NCBI RefSeq assembly: GCF_006345805.1
Contig: NC_043009.1
Coordinates: forward strand, 67,084,001-67,148,000
Length of the DNA stretch: 64,000 bases
DNA from: Octopus sinensis
Taxonomy: Eukaryota
Direction: 5' to 3'
Positions 47,786 to 61,183 of this stretch are shown here, one piece after another; position 1 is the stretch's first letter; each line of letters begins with the position of its first letter. The position numbers were made by a program, and so were the translations under genes. The notes below the pieces were generated by a model. The model did not search any database. It saw only the letters and a list, made by a program, of their open reading frames with translations, and had not been told where the DNA came from.

Positions 47786-49899
47786 TTTCTTATGTGCGTG
47801 TATGTGTGAATATGTGAATGTACACCTTTATACACACACACACACATAAACAAGCATAAGTTTGTGTTGGTCTGTGTACATGTGTATATGTATGCACACT
47901 ATTATACATGTATGGAATTTGCTGTTACAAATACATATAGGAAGAAATAAGGAACCTCTAATTAGTTTCCTGACTTGCCGGAAACAGTAGCTAAATCTTC
48001 CCAAATGACACCATTGTGTCTCAAAACAAATAACAAAACTTCATTAGATAATGTACTTCTGGAGACACAATGTCTGCAGAGAAGATGGGATGGTCGCTAC
48101 TGGAATGCCTGTGATCATTACAGAATTAAACCAATGTCACCAATGTCGTCATCGTCTTTTTATTCAACTAGGATGGTTGAAATCTAACATATTTTCATTT
48201 GCTGTGACCCAGGGTGATAATGCTATTTGTGAAGCTTGGTGTTTGATCAACAAGAGACCAAGATCTCATGAGAAAATTATCCTAGAATGTGTGTTTGGTG
48301 CGTGAAAATTAGCAAAGCAGGCATGAGCATACTTGTAGAAAGCCAAAAATTTTAATTTATTAAATTACACCGTTAGTGATGAGAATGATCATTATCTTGT
48401 GGCTGTTAATTAACCAGGACATTTTCTTGTGAGCCGTTTCTGATAATAATCATTTAGCTATTTTAGCTCTGGAAGAACATTGATTCGTCATTCCAGCAGT
48501 TGATTTGACAGCGAATTTTGTTAAAGGAATCAACATACTCTTCCTCTCTATCTTCCGAGGTGGACTGGGACAGTGAGAAATAGATGTTGCAGTATTGTTC
48601 CAGTGTCATGATGTGACATGTCTCATCAACTCTTTAGCCAAGGTGCACGTGTCCTAATGACTTCGACTCTTGCAGCTCCCCCCCGTCCCCTGTCACTGTT
48701 TTATTTTTGTGTATTTTATTATTACAGTCATGTTGCTGAGAACTGGGTGTTGTGATTTCATTTGTGCTACACTGAAGCTCCTAATTCCATCTAATCTGTC
48801 ACTTGCAGTTAGGGGGTCTTGTAATTTAAAAACAAAAATAAGGTTTCCTTTATTCCAATGGCTCTCAGCCGTTTTTTGCCTATGTGATCCAGGGTGATGA
48901 TATTTGCAAAGCTCAATGTTTGGCCTACAACAGACCAAGATCTTATGAGAAAATTACCCCAGAATGTGTGCTTGCTGTGAGGAAAAATTAGCAAAGTAGG
49001 CATGGGCCTCATAGCCATTTGATGTTTTAAAAAAATCCTATATTTTTATAATTTAAATATTATTGGGAAATGTAAAAAAAAATATTTTATGTAGGTGCAA
49101 GAATGGCTGTGTTGCTTCCCAACCACATGGTTCCAGGTTCAGTCCCACTGTGTGGCACCTTGGGCCAACCAAAACCTTGTTTGCCAACATAAATGGCAGA
49201 CTTGAGCTTTGTGTAATTCAAACAGGAATTGCAGAGAACTGGAGCAAGTAGTTCAAGATATTCTTTCAGATTCTGTTAATTCACCTTGCACAAACACACA
49301 CACACTCACACAGTATGTATATATGGATATATATTATGCGTGCCTGTGCGGTAAGAAGCTTGTATCCCAACCACATAGTTTTGAGTTCTATCCCACTGTG
49401 TGGCACCTTGGGCAAGTGTTTGAATAAATTCGGTAGACAGAAACTAAAGAGAAGCTTGTTGAGTCCGTGTGTGTATGTATGTGTGTGTGAAGCTTTACCC
49501 ACCTGCATTGGTAAAAACCTGAACAAGGCTGTCTATAAATGTCTACCTTGGCTGGATATGAACTGCAACTGCACTCATTAAATGCACAGAGATGCTCCAT
49601 CGAGGGACACTCGTCCAGCAGAAACATGCATTGGAGTGGCACTCAATGTGAATTTAATGAGAATGATACTGTAATAGACAATTCTCCTTTTGGCTATTTA
49701 GGATGTTTTGGTTGTTTATTCTCATGGAAATCCAAGAAAACAAACTCGGAATTTACTTCTTGAGTGAAGTACAGCTTAACAGTTTATCTTAAACAATTCT
49801 GTAAGTTCCCTATTGTTTGAAGTGGTTAGCCAGATCTCGGTTATATCAGAGTGCTAATAAGGTACCTGCTTTGACTCAAAATCCCTATTCTTTTACGTT

Positions 49900-50570
49900 T
49901 TATAAATATACATATATATAAATACACATGTGCACACACACACACACATATGAATACACACACACACACACATATGAATACACACACACACACATATATA
50001 AATACACACACATATATGAATACACACACACACAGACATAAATACACACACATATATAAATACACACACACACACATAAATACACTCACACACACATAAA
50101 TACACTCACACACACATAATACACACACATATAAATACACACACACACACATAATACACACACATATAAATACACACACACCACACATATAAATACACAC
50201 ACACACACATATAATACACACACACACACACACATATATAAATACAACACACACACATATAAATACACACACATATATGAATACACACACAGACATAAAT
50301 ACACACACATATATAAATACACACACACACACACATAAATACACTCACACACACATAAATACACTCACACACACATAATACACACACATATAAATACACA
50401 CACACACACATAATACACACACATATAAATACACACACACACACACATATAAATACACACACACTCATATATAAATACACACACACACACAAACATAAAT
50501 ACACACACACACACATATATAAATATACACATAAATACACACGTACACATATATATATAAAAACATATAA
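49900..50570. repeat. AAATAC(AC)nATAT compound minisatellite
   Basis: Direct reading; it explains the VC/YV-rich ORFs. Confidence 0.92.
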
Positions 50571-51778
50571 ACACGCATACATAGGTAAGGGATAAAGGGA
50601 ACAGAAATAGAAAGGGGACGCTTGTGACACTGGAACATAAACCTCGCACAACAGTTTCACCCTCTCCTCCCCTTCCTCATATTCTTATATAACCCCCCCC
50701 CCTCGGATTCCCTTGTACAGAAACCCTATACACTTTTCACATAAGCCCTCTCAGGTAATCCGGACTTCACCTCACCTCCGCACCCATAATCACCCCCCCC
50801 CGTCCCTCTCTCTCTCCACACCCTATTGCCTCTGGCATAGTATGGTTGTTGTTGTTGTTGTTTGTGGTGACCGAGGACCCAAAGCAAGGTGGAAGAGGTC
50901 CCCCTTCTTTACAAACTCTACCCCCCCCCGCTCGCATCTCCCAACACTGCATCCACCCTACCCACCCTCACCTCCGAATTACACCAACACTTCCTCGTCT
51001 TATTTAACTAACCCTCCTCTTCCTTCTCTTTTGCCTCCTCCTCCTCCCACTATCAAAAGACTATGCAAATCCCCCACCCCCACCCTGCGCCCCCACACAC
51101 TTCCTCTCCTCCTCTTCCATAACAACAGTCGCACTTTCTTGGAGGTAACAGTTATATGATGATGGTGGTGATGGTGGTAGTGGTGGTGGTGTTAAGGATG
51201 CTGGTGATGTTGGTGGTGATGCTGATGATGTTAGTGTTGGTGATGGTGGTGATGCTGATGATGTTAGTGTTGGTGATGGTAGTGGTGCTGATGGTGGTGT
51301 TCCATTCTCCTCCTCTCCCTCCTCCTCCTCTCCCTCCTCCTCCTCCTCCCCTTCCTCAGCTGTTTCTATTCTTGCCTGTTGCTCACTTTACTCCTCCAAT
51401 ACAACCGCCACTGCCACAGCCGCCACCACCGCCATCAGCACCATCACCCCTTGCCACTGCCGCCGCCACCACCCCCTTGCCGCCACCACCACCACCACCG
51501 CCTCCGCCATGTTGTTGTTCAAACTGTAAATTTCTCTTCTTCTCACCCTGCTCTTCTATATTTAGAAAACTCTATTCCTTTTGCCATATATTTTCACTGG
51601 AGGGATAGAGATGCCATCTCCACCACCCCCACCCCACCCCTTTCTCTCCCCTTCTCCCCCCCCCTCACACACTGACATACATAAGCTTATTTGTATTTTT
51701 ATCTCTCTTATTCTGTAGTTTTTTCTTCCATTTAGTTATATTTTCTCTTAAATGGTGCTTGTGTACGTGTTTACACAA

Positions 51779-51779
<1 letters not shown>

Positions 51780-51821
<42 letters not shown>

Positions 51822-52200
51822 GCAAACATATTCATACGAATTCATACACACATACATACACATACATACACATGAACACACATACACACACACATATACA
51901 TACACACGGACACACACACGTACACATACTCATACATACACATACATATACACACACATACGCACACATACATATGCACGCACACATACGCATGCACACA
52001 TATGCACGCACATACACATACATGCACACACATATCTACATAGACACACACACACATACATACACACTCACACACATACACACTCACATACATACAGACA
52101 CACATACATACACACACATACACACACATACACATACATACATACATGCATACACATACATACACACACACCACACACACACACACCACACACACACATG
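51780..52200. repeat. CA/CATA compound microsatellite
   Basis: Direct reading. Confidence 0.92.
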
Positions 52201-52544
52201 TATGTGCTTGTGTGTACATATCATGCTCATCCTCATTTTCCGAAGAGGTGTCACTTGTTACCCCTGTGTTTTGTATGAAATGCTTGAAAGGTTGGCCCCA
52301 GGAAGGGCATCTGGTCACAAATACTTCCTCTTCAAAAAAATTTTCTATTCAAAATATGCCACTTGACAACCAGTGTTGGTTTGTTTAAATCCCTGTAACT
52401 TAGCAGTTCAGCAAAAGACACTGATAGAATAAGCACCAGGCTTAAAAAATAATAAGTCCTGTGGTCAGTTCATTCAACTAAAAAGGTCTTCAAGGCTGTG
52501 CCCCAGCATGGCCACTGTTTGATGACTGAGACAAGTAAAAGGTA

Positions 52545-52812
52545 TCATCATCATGTAACATCCTTTGTCCATGCTGGCATGGGTTGGACAGTTTGACTGG
52601 GCTGGCATGCTGGAAGGCTGCACCAGGATCCAGTCTGATTTGGCATGGTTTTCTATGGCTGGATGCCCTTCCTAACACCAACCACTTCGACAGTGCAATG
52701 TGTGCTTTTACGTGCCACTGGCACAGGTGCCATTTGCATGACATTGAGGTGCTTTTATGTGCCAGTTTGCGTGACACTGGTATCTGTCACGACTGATTTT
52801 GCTCGGCTTGAT
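52545..52812 (-). mobile_element. RTE 3' UTR fragment
   Basis: Sequence homology. Confidence 0.75.
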
Positions 52813-53326
52813 GGTGGTGGTGGTGGGGGGAGAGATAGAGAGAAAGATAGAGATAGAGAGATAGATAGATAGATAGACAGATAGATTGATAGATGTGTTT
52901 TGGAATTGGATTTCAGTGTTGGAGAACGAAAAGCTGAGGATGCCCATGACCCCTATGAGACCCCTGCAGACAGGTGAGGTCGATGTGGGTTGTGTTCAGT
53001 TTGACTACCTGTAGGTTGATGATGCCCATAAGAAAATTGTAGGAATGAAATTTCAGTGGGAGTGATGGTTCTGGGAGAGGAAGGATTGATTAAAAAGTCT
53101 TTAGTACTGAATTGAGAAGTGAGATACAAAATAAATGAGGATCAAAAAGAGAGAGATGGATTAGCTGGGTGGAATCAAGGGAAACGAAATGTAAAATAAG
53201 GAAGTTGAGAGAAGATTAGAAATAGAGACCAACCATGTGTTAGTGAGTTGTTGCTGACAAAATTGTCTTTGATGTGGCCTAGAATCTGTGTGTGTGTGTG
53301 TGTGGTATCAACATGTCTTAGATATC

Positions 53327-53538
53327 AAATCTTTTAGCATTTAAACTGCCCATACCTGTTTTAGGTTTGAACTGGCCAGGTCAGGCTCCTCACACCTACT
53401 CTACAATGTCATTCTAAAAATACGCAGAAATCTCATTGAAATCTTGAAGTTGAGAGATAATCCATTGATTCTATTCAAAACAATGTGAATAAATACAAAC
53501 TACATTTGACAGAGTTATCTGAAAGCTAAAGGGTGAAA
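53327..53538. mobile_element. Decayed piggyBac-like MITE
   Basis: Ends TCTTTTAGCATT...AAAGCTAAAGGGTGAA; reverse-oriented relatives occur at about 12580-12760, 24935-25090 and 29950-30000. Confidence 0.6.
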
Positions 53539-54285
53539 GATAGTTTTTGACGTTGTTCTTACTCACATTTTGCTTGTGTGTGTGGTGTGTGTGTGTGTGT
53601 GTGTACTATTATTATAATTATTTTGATGTTCACATTCCAATGTTTGCATGGATCAGATGGAATTTACAAAGGCAGATTTGCTATGGCTGGATGCTCTTTC
53701 TGTTGCCAACACTCGCCTCTTTTCCAGCAAGTTATTTATTTTCTCCAGGGATGGACATGTTTTTACAGAAGATTGGAAATAAATGACACTGATTGTATGA
53801 TGGTGACCCCGGCTTATGGCTGCCATGCAATATCAAAACAAGGAGACACACACACACACACACACACATGTACACACGCATGTACACATGCATGCACACA
53901 CGACGGGTTTCTTTCAGCTTCTGTCCTCCAAATTTTCTCAGAAGACTTTCGTCAACCTAGGGCTATAGTACAAGACTCTTGCCCAAGGTGTCACGCATTG
54001 AGATTGAACCCAAAGCTAACTTCTTAACTAAGTAGCCATGCCTGTGGCACACACTCTCCCATCTATGCCATGTTAGCATGGAAAATATCTCCTACATGGT
54101 TCAGTCATTTGACTGTGGCCATGATGTGGCACCACTTTGATGTGTTTTTGTCAAACAAATCTGCCCCAGGACTTATTTTTTTAGTCCGAGTACTTATTCT
54201 ATCAGTCTCTTTTGGTGAACTGCTAAGTTATGGAGATGTAAACACACCAACACTGGTTGTCAAGCAGTGATGGGTGACAAACACA

Positions 54286-54345
<60 letters not shown>

Positions 54346-54680
54346 CTTTACCGGTTTCACTCTTTGTGTCAAAAGTAACGTGTAAAAGTTTGGTTGCATT
54401 AATTATTGATTGTCACAAAATGCTACAATACATATATACAGTCTTTGGTGACAAGAACATGTTAAGGACATAGAAAAGTTTAACAAGTTCCTTAAAATAT
54501 TGGACACAAAAGATTACAACATAAATAATCATTCTCAAGAAAATGTTAAAGATAGTTTCCAGAAGGAATTATTAAAGTCGACCTCGGCAGAATTTGAACT
54601 CAGAACGTAGCAGCAGATTAAATACTGCTAAGCATTTCACCTGGCATGCTAACGTTTCTGCCAGCTCACCGCTATATATA

Positions 54681-54711
<31 letters not shown>

Positions 54712-54712
54712 G

Positions 54713-54766
<54 letters not shown>

Positions 54767-54850
54767 ACTATTCTGCCAAGGTAGGACCACCAATAAAAGT
54801 ACTTCATCCAGTGAGAGATAAATATCATTTAATGTACACAGTATTTAGAA

Positions 54851-55062
54851 TTAACCCTACTAATAGCTTTTTGGCATAGAGACACAGTGCTTTGGCAGAT
54901 GTATGTAACATGCCTTGTGTCTCCAAGCAAAATCAGACTCACAAGGCAAATTATATAAATAGAACCAACCATGCGCTCTGAGCCAGAGGATTGCTTGGAG
55001 ACACAAGGCATGTTATATAAATCTACCTAACCATAGTGTCTCCATGGCAAGAAACTAGTAGC
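54851..55062. mobile_element. Foldback MITE with long TIRs
   Basis: The core arms 54902-54930 and 54991-55019 are 28/29 complementary, with looser pairing extending to about 54868 and 55054. It starts TTAACCCT. Confidence 0.75.
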
Positions 55063-55194
55063 TCCTATCTTAAATACTGTATATGCTAAATGATTATTAT
55101 ATATAATATAATATATATATATATTATATATATATATGTATGTATATATATATGTATGTGTATATATATATATGTGTGTATATATATGTATGTG

Positions 55195-55256
<62 letters not shown>

Positions 55257-55889
55257 TCACCTTAAGTAATGATTTCTCTGTTATGTTTCTAAAATGGTTA
55301 CATGACTGTTTATCTTTTATTTATTTACTTTATCTTGTAATATTTTCTTCAAATGTTAGAGAGCCTCTTAACTGATCACAGATGTAGCTCTTGAGCATGT
55401 GTGTGTGTGTACAAATACATACACACATATATACACATATACATACGTACATATATATATATTCTTAAATTTGATGTTTATGTATGTTTGAGTGAGAGAC
55501 AGAGAGAAAGAGTAAGTGTGCATGTGTGTCTGTAATGCACACACGCACGTACACATGAAACTATGACCATGAACCAGTTCAGTTAAAAAGACTAGGTGTG
55601 GACCAGTACTAATATCCAAAATAGGTAGTAGAGAGACACACAGACACCAAACAAGCTCTCTCTCTCTCTCATCCCACGCACCACCGCACCACCGTTCCCT
55701 CGCCTCCACCACCTCCTCATTAAACCCCTGAACCTAAATCTCTTTGTCAGACCCCCCTCCACCTCCATCCCCCCCACCACACACAACCTTGAAATCTGCT
55801 GTGAGTTTTGTTTGTTGGTGTTAGAGGAATAAAACACTGTAGGGTGTTGCTGGCGGGAGGGGGGGGTGTTGCTTCTGTACTTGTTCCTT

Positions 55890-56825
55890 GTTAGTCATGA
55901 TGATGATGATGGTGGTGGCGGTGTTGGTGGTGTTGGTGGTGGTGGTGGTGGTTGTAGTTATGAATGTGTTTATGTTGTAATGGTAGCTTAGGTGAGTGGT
56001 ATTGCTAAATTGTTGTTTGTGGTGGTAGTGAGGCCGATTCCGTTGGCATAACGCTTGTGAGAGTGGTGCCGGGGCAGCGGCAGAGATGATGATGATGATG
56101 TTTTCGTTAATTTAACAGTCTGTATGTGAGTGATATTGTTGTTATTGTTGCTTGGAGTAGTGGTGGTGGTGGTGGTGGTGGTGGTGGCAGTGGTGGTGGT
56201 GGTGGTAATGACATTGGTGTTGGTGATGTTGATGATGCTAACGGCACAATGATGGTGGTAGTGGTATTATTGCTAGTGAAATTGTGGTAGTGGTGGTGGT
56301 GGTAGTGGTAGTGATGGTCTGATGATGGAAGTGTTGTGTTGCTGTTGTAATTTCAATGATGGTGGTGGAGTTGTCAGCATAATAATGGTGGTGGTAGTGA
56401 TGGTGGTGGTGTGGGTGGTGGTTGTGATGGTGGTGGTGTTGGTGGAATGGTGGTGGTAGTGTTGGTGGAATGGTGGTAGTGTTGGTGGAATGGTGGTGTT
56501 GGTGGTGGTGTGGGTGGAATGGTGGTGGTAGTGATGGTGTTGGTGGTGTTGGTGGAATGGTGGTGGTAGTGATGGTGGTGGTGTGGGTGTAGTAGAGGTG
56601 GTAGTGGTGTTGGTATAATGGTGGTGGTAGTAATGTTAGTCTGATGGTGGTAGTAGTAGTAGTGTAACTGGTGTTGTGTTATGTTGCTGTTGGTGACAGT
56701 GTAACATTGGTGGTGGTAGAACTATTGATGATGGTAATGTTGATGTTGTAGTAGTGTCGCCGGTGTTGTTGTTGTTGGTGGTGGTGTTGGTGTTGGTGTA
56801 ATGGTGATGCTTGGTTCTGATGTAA
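55890..56825. repeat. (GGT/GAT)n G-rich low-complexity array
   Basis: Direct reading. Confidence 0.88.
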
Positions 56826-57172
56826 TAGTGAAACGCTAGTAAGTGACATTCCGGCGCTCCGTTAGTTGTGATCACGAGGGTTCCAGTTGATCCGAGCCGC
56901 CTGCTCGTGAAATTGAAGTGCAAGTGGCTGAGTACTCCACAGACACGCACACCTTTAATGCTGTTCTCGAGGAGATTGAGTGACTCAGAATGTGACAAGG
57001 CTAACCCTAACCCTTTTGAATTATGGGTGCATGACTCACTTTGTCCAGCTAAAGTATATTGGATGGAACAATGTGAAATAAAGTGTCTTGATCAAGAACA
57101 CAACACATCGCTGGGAATTGAACTCCTGACTTTACAATCCTGAGCCAAGTACACTAACCACTAAGCCACTTC
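56825..57172 (-). mobile_element. tRNA-derived SINE (same type as 44955-45265)
   Basis: Sequence homology. Confidence 0.75.
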
Positions 57173-57489
57173 GGGTGGTGATGTATTCTTGTACAAATTA
57201 CCAACATAATCGCCACAACTATCACCACCACCACCACAACTCTGACTACATCCATTACTACATCACTACCTCTTCTACCACCACACCTACAGCCATACTA
57301 CCACCACACCTACAACCGTACTACCACCTCTACTGATCACCACGACTATTAACGAAACCAGCAGTTTTATTTTAAACAGAAGCCCTTAGGTAATAAATAC
57401 ACTAATAGTTATTGTATGCATGTGAGTGTATGTGGGTGTGTGGATATATATATATATATATACATATATATACACACACATGCACACCC

Positions 57490-57686
57490 GGGTTAGCACA
57501 TAAATGCGAAACAAGGTGGAAAAAATAGTACTCGAATACCAGAGGTAGAGTAATATGCTTTATTGAAAAGCAACAAAAATATCACAAAAACTGTTACTCA
57601 GAGTTTCACTTTCCAGTGTCCGACGAACGAGAACATGAAACTCCGAGTAACAGTTTTTGTGATATTTTTGCTGCTTTTCAATAAAG
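57490..57686. mobile_element. Penelope-like remnant with 51-bp inverted arms and a variant hammerhead
   Basis: The arms 57558-57608 and 57636-57686 are 49/51 complementary. UGU-CCGACGA-ACG(agaa)CAU-GAAA-CUC(c)GAG-UA|ACA lies at 57617-57652. Confidence 0.65.
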
Positions 57687-57726
57687 TGTGTATATGTGTA
57701 TATATATATATATATTATATATATAG

Positions 57727-57766
<40 letters not shown>

Positions 57767-58069
57767 GGACTCTCTTGTTGTTTGATGATGTATGAGGGTT
57801 CAACAATCTCTTGCTGAACAATCATGCAGTTGATTTGTTTTATGTGATCAAATGTTTGTGTAGACATAAGCTCCCTCCCTCCATCAAAGTGGCATTACCT
57901 GTACAGGTGCAATGGTGTGCCACCTGTCAAATGACGAAATGATCGCAGAGCAACGTGAAACAAAGTGCTTTTCCCAAGAATGCAACACAATGCAATGCCT
58001 GGTCTGCGAATTGAACCGACAATCTTGCAATCATGAATGCAACACCCTAACCATTAAGCTGTGTGTGTA

Positions 58070-58116
<47 letters not shown>

Positions 58117-58118
<2 letters not shown>

Positions 58119-58460
58119 CTCTTTTATTCTCTTTTACTTGTTTCAGTCATTTGACTGCGGCCATGCTGGAGCACCGCCTTTAGTCGAGCAAATCAACCCC
58201 GGGACTTATTCTTTGTAAGCCCAGTACTTATTCTATCGGTCTCTTTTGCCGAACCGCTAAGTGACGGGGACGTAAACACACCAGCATCGGTTGTCAAGCA
58301 ATTCTAGGGGGACAAACACAGACACACAAACATATACACACACACTTATATATATATATATACATATATACAACGGGCTTCTTTCAGTTTCCGTCTACCA
58401 AATCCACTCACAAGGCATTGGTTGGCCCGGGGCTATAGCAGAAGACACTTGCCCAAGACG
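58117..58460 (-). mobile_element. SINE family 1, young copy lacking the head
   Basis: Near-identical to 29508-29850. Confidence 0.88.
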
Positions 58461-58691
58461 CCTATATATATATAAAATATAAATTAGAGATAAAACCACT
58501 ATTATGCAACTCAAACAGTGATAGACATAAACCAATACTTAAATAACAAATAATATATATATAAATTTTTAAAAAATTTATAACTTGTAACTAGATCTCA
58601 AAAAGTATAAAATGAATGATAAATATATAATATAATAAGTATATATAATTATATATATATGCATACACACACTCATGTATATGTAGAAGTG

Positions 58692-59027
58692 CAGGGCTCA
58701 TTTATCAGTCTTCTCTTATTCATCATATTTCCTCCAGGCCACAACAGAGGGATTTAATACCAGTTGCCCTTGGGAACTACTATATGTTGATGACTTTTTT
58801 TTTTCTTTCTTGAAGTAGAATCTGTAGTAGAAGTAGAAAAGAAATTCCAGTTGTGGAAGCAAAACCTAAAATCAAAGGGTTTGAAAGTTAATTTAGTAAA
58901 GACCTAAGTTCTACTAAGCTGGAAAACAGACAAAACTCGACTCCCTATACAAAAATGGCCCTGCTCAATATGTAGGAAAGGTGTAGGAAGGAATTCCATA
59001 TGGTGTACTCAGTGCAAGCGATGGACC
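58692..59027 (+). mobile_element. RTE-clade LINE RT fragment
   Basis: QGSFISLLLFII...CPWELLYVDD...KKFQLWKQNLKSKGLKVNLVKT*...WPCSICRKGVGRNSIWCTQCKRW, containing the RT YxDD motif and a Cys-rich segment, with frameshifts and a stop. Confidence 0.9.
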
Positions 59028-59034
59028 CCTCCCT

Positions 59035-59790
59035 CCACTCTTCAAACTTTGGCACTATTCAGCTACTGTAATCATAGGCAAATTATGTACATAATCCATC
59101 CCCTTTTGTGTTACCACATACCTCCCTTTTTTCCCCAGGAACCACTTACTAAAATTCATCCCTCCTTCTCAATATCATCCCTTCCCACTTTATTTTCCAT
59201 TGATCACCCCTTTCTGTGCCTCCAGTTTCTCTCTCTCCCCTCTGACTTACGTCTTAGAACTGCCAAACCTCATCTTTAATACCTTCTTATCTATGCTATC
59301 ATTCTCATCAATCTCATATCTGCTGTCAACGACTTTATCCTCCTACTCACTATAGCCATCCCTGCATACCTCTGACATCCATCCCTGTCACTGTACATCT
59401 CTCTCTCTCTCTCCCCCACCCTGTACATCATTATCCCTATTCTATGATCCATCCACTGCTGCTTTCCACCTTTCCTGTACTGTCACCTATCACCTCTTAC
59501 TTCCTGAGTCACTCTTATTTCTTTCTCCTTCCACTCCTCCCATACTGCTATTTACTATAGACCATACCCCCCACCCCATGTTCTATATTCACCTCTTCAC
59601 CCAATCTCTAATCATCTGTCACTCCCCTCTCACATTCTAATGAATTTATTCACTCACCTCTCCCAATTCTTTGTCCGTATCCTCCCTCATGCCCACTTTC
59701 CTGTGAGTATAAGAGCAGGCTCTAACACCTCATCCCCATCATTGTCTTCTTTCCAGCTACTCCCACCCACCCACTCTTATATAATCCAAT
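59035..59790 (+). mobile_element. Probable Penelope-like 3' remnant (pyrimidine-rich)
   Basis: It begins with an LFKL/GTIQ-like remnant of the GIY-YIG C-terminal motif, followed by a long C/T-rich tract and a decayed CTGTGA...GAGC..GCTC near 59701-59724 that resembles 11195-11228. Confidence 0.4.
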
Positions 59791-60117
59791 ATTAATGCCA
59801 AAAGGCAGTCTTGATCTCCAACTTAATGTTGAGGTTGTGTTAGAGCACAGAATACTGTGTTATTTATCTTGAGATGATCTCCCATAAGGACTCATGACGT
59901 ACAAAAGTACATGAAATTATATCATTGACAGACAAGAGTTGGCTGCTATGGCTGCTAGAACTGACAGATCCCATGATTTCACCATGCTATGGGCTCCTCA
60001 GTGACAGATGTCCAGCAGCACAGTAACAACCGAATCTCCCATTATATATATATATATATATATATATCACCATGATCACCGTGACCAACCAGGCTAACCA
60101 CTAGGCCATTGCGCCTC

Positions 60118-60175
<58 letters not shown>

Positions 60176-61129
60176 ATTATATATATATATAGATATTTCA
60201 CAAAACTGTAGTGAATAAACAAACAAACGTACTATATACATAGGTGAACTGACAACACAGAAGGTCACCAACTCCTCATCAGTTATTGGCCAGAGGGTCA
60301 AACGTTATATTTGTATTTGTATATATAGTGTGTGTACCAATGTAAGTGGGTATTTATATCCCTAAAAGGAAGTAATTCGCTAAAACAAGGGAACTGGCAC
60401 AATATATTGAGCTAGCCATTTGATAAATAGAGATTGATAAAATGAGTGGCAGATGAAGTACTGTCATTGATATAATTGACAAAGCTTTTTAAAGACAATG
60501 ATCCAGCATGGCCATAGTCTGATGAACAAAGAATGGGACATGCACCTTCTCACACACACACACACACCTATGCACACGCCTACACGCACACACCTACACA
60601 CACATATACATGCATACACACACATGCATACATACACACACATATACACACATACACTCTTTTTCTTTCTCCATGCGTAGACACTCTCTTTCATGCATGC
60701 TCTCTCTCTCTCCCCCCTCTCTTTCTCCATGCGTACACACTCTCTTTTATGCATGTTCTCTTGCTCTCTCTCTCTTATTCTCACTCTCTCTCACACACAC
60801 ACACACAATAGCCCAGCAAGTGATAAATATGTATTTTGCCTCCCATGGTGGGATCTGTTCTGTTTTCTTTGCCTTGTGTGTGTGTGTGTGTGTGTGTGTG
60901 CCTTTGTGTGTTTACCAAGTACATTTGTTCTGATGGATATCTGAGAAAGTGCAGAAAAGCATCAGAGGAACCTAAGCGAAGCTGTTGTCGGTTGTTGTGG
61001 AGAAGTCTTGAGAGAAAGCTTCATAGTAAAAATAAAGAGATAAAAAGGAAAAAATAAAAAAACAACAACACTATGAAGCATATAAAGAAAAGGATCTAAA
61101 AATAACACACACACACACATTTATATAAG

Positions 61130-61183
<54 letters not shown>

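Noticed and set aside
47975-48187. 70-aa ORF as an alternative coding exon
   Set aside because: It ends in a stop with no in-frame donor before it.
49841-52366. VC/YV/HT-rich ORFs
   Set aside because: They are translations of CA/TA microsatellites.
60255-60300. Minus-strand CTGATGAGGAGTT as a hammerhead start
   Set aside because: There is no complementary AACTCC-GAAA downstream, so it is at most a truncated remnant.
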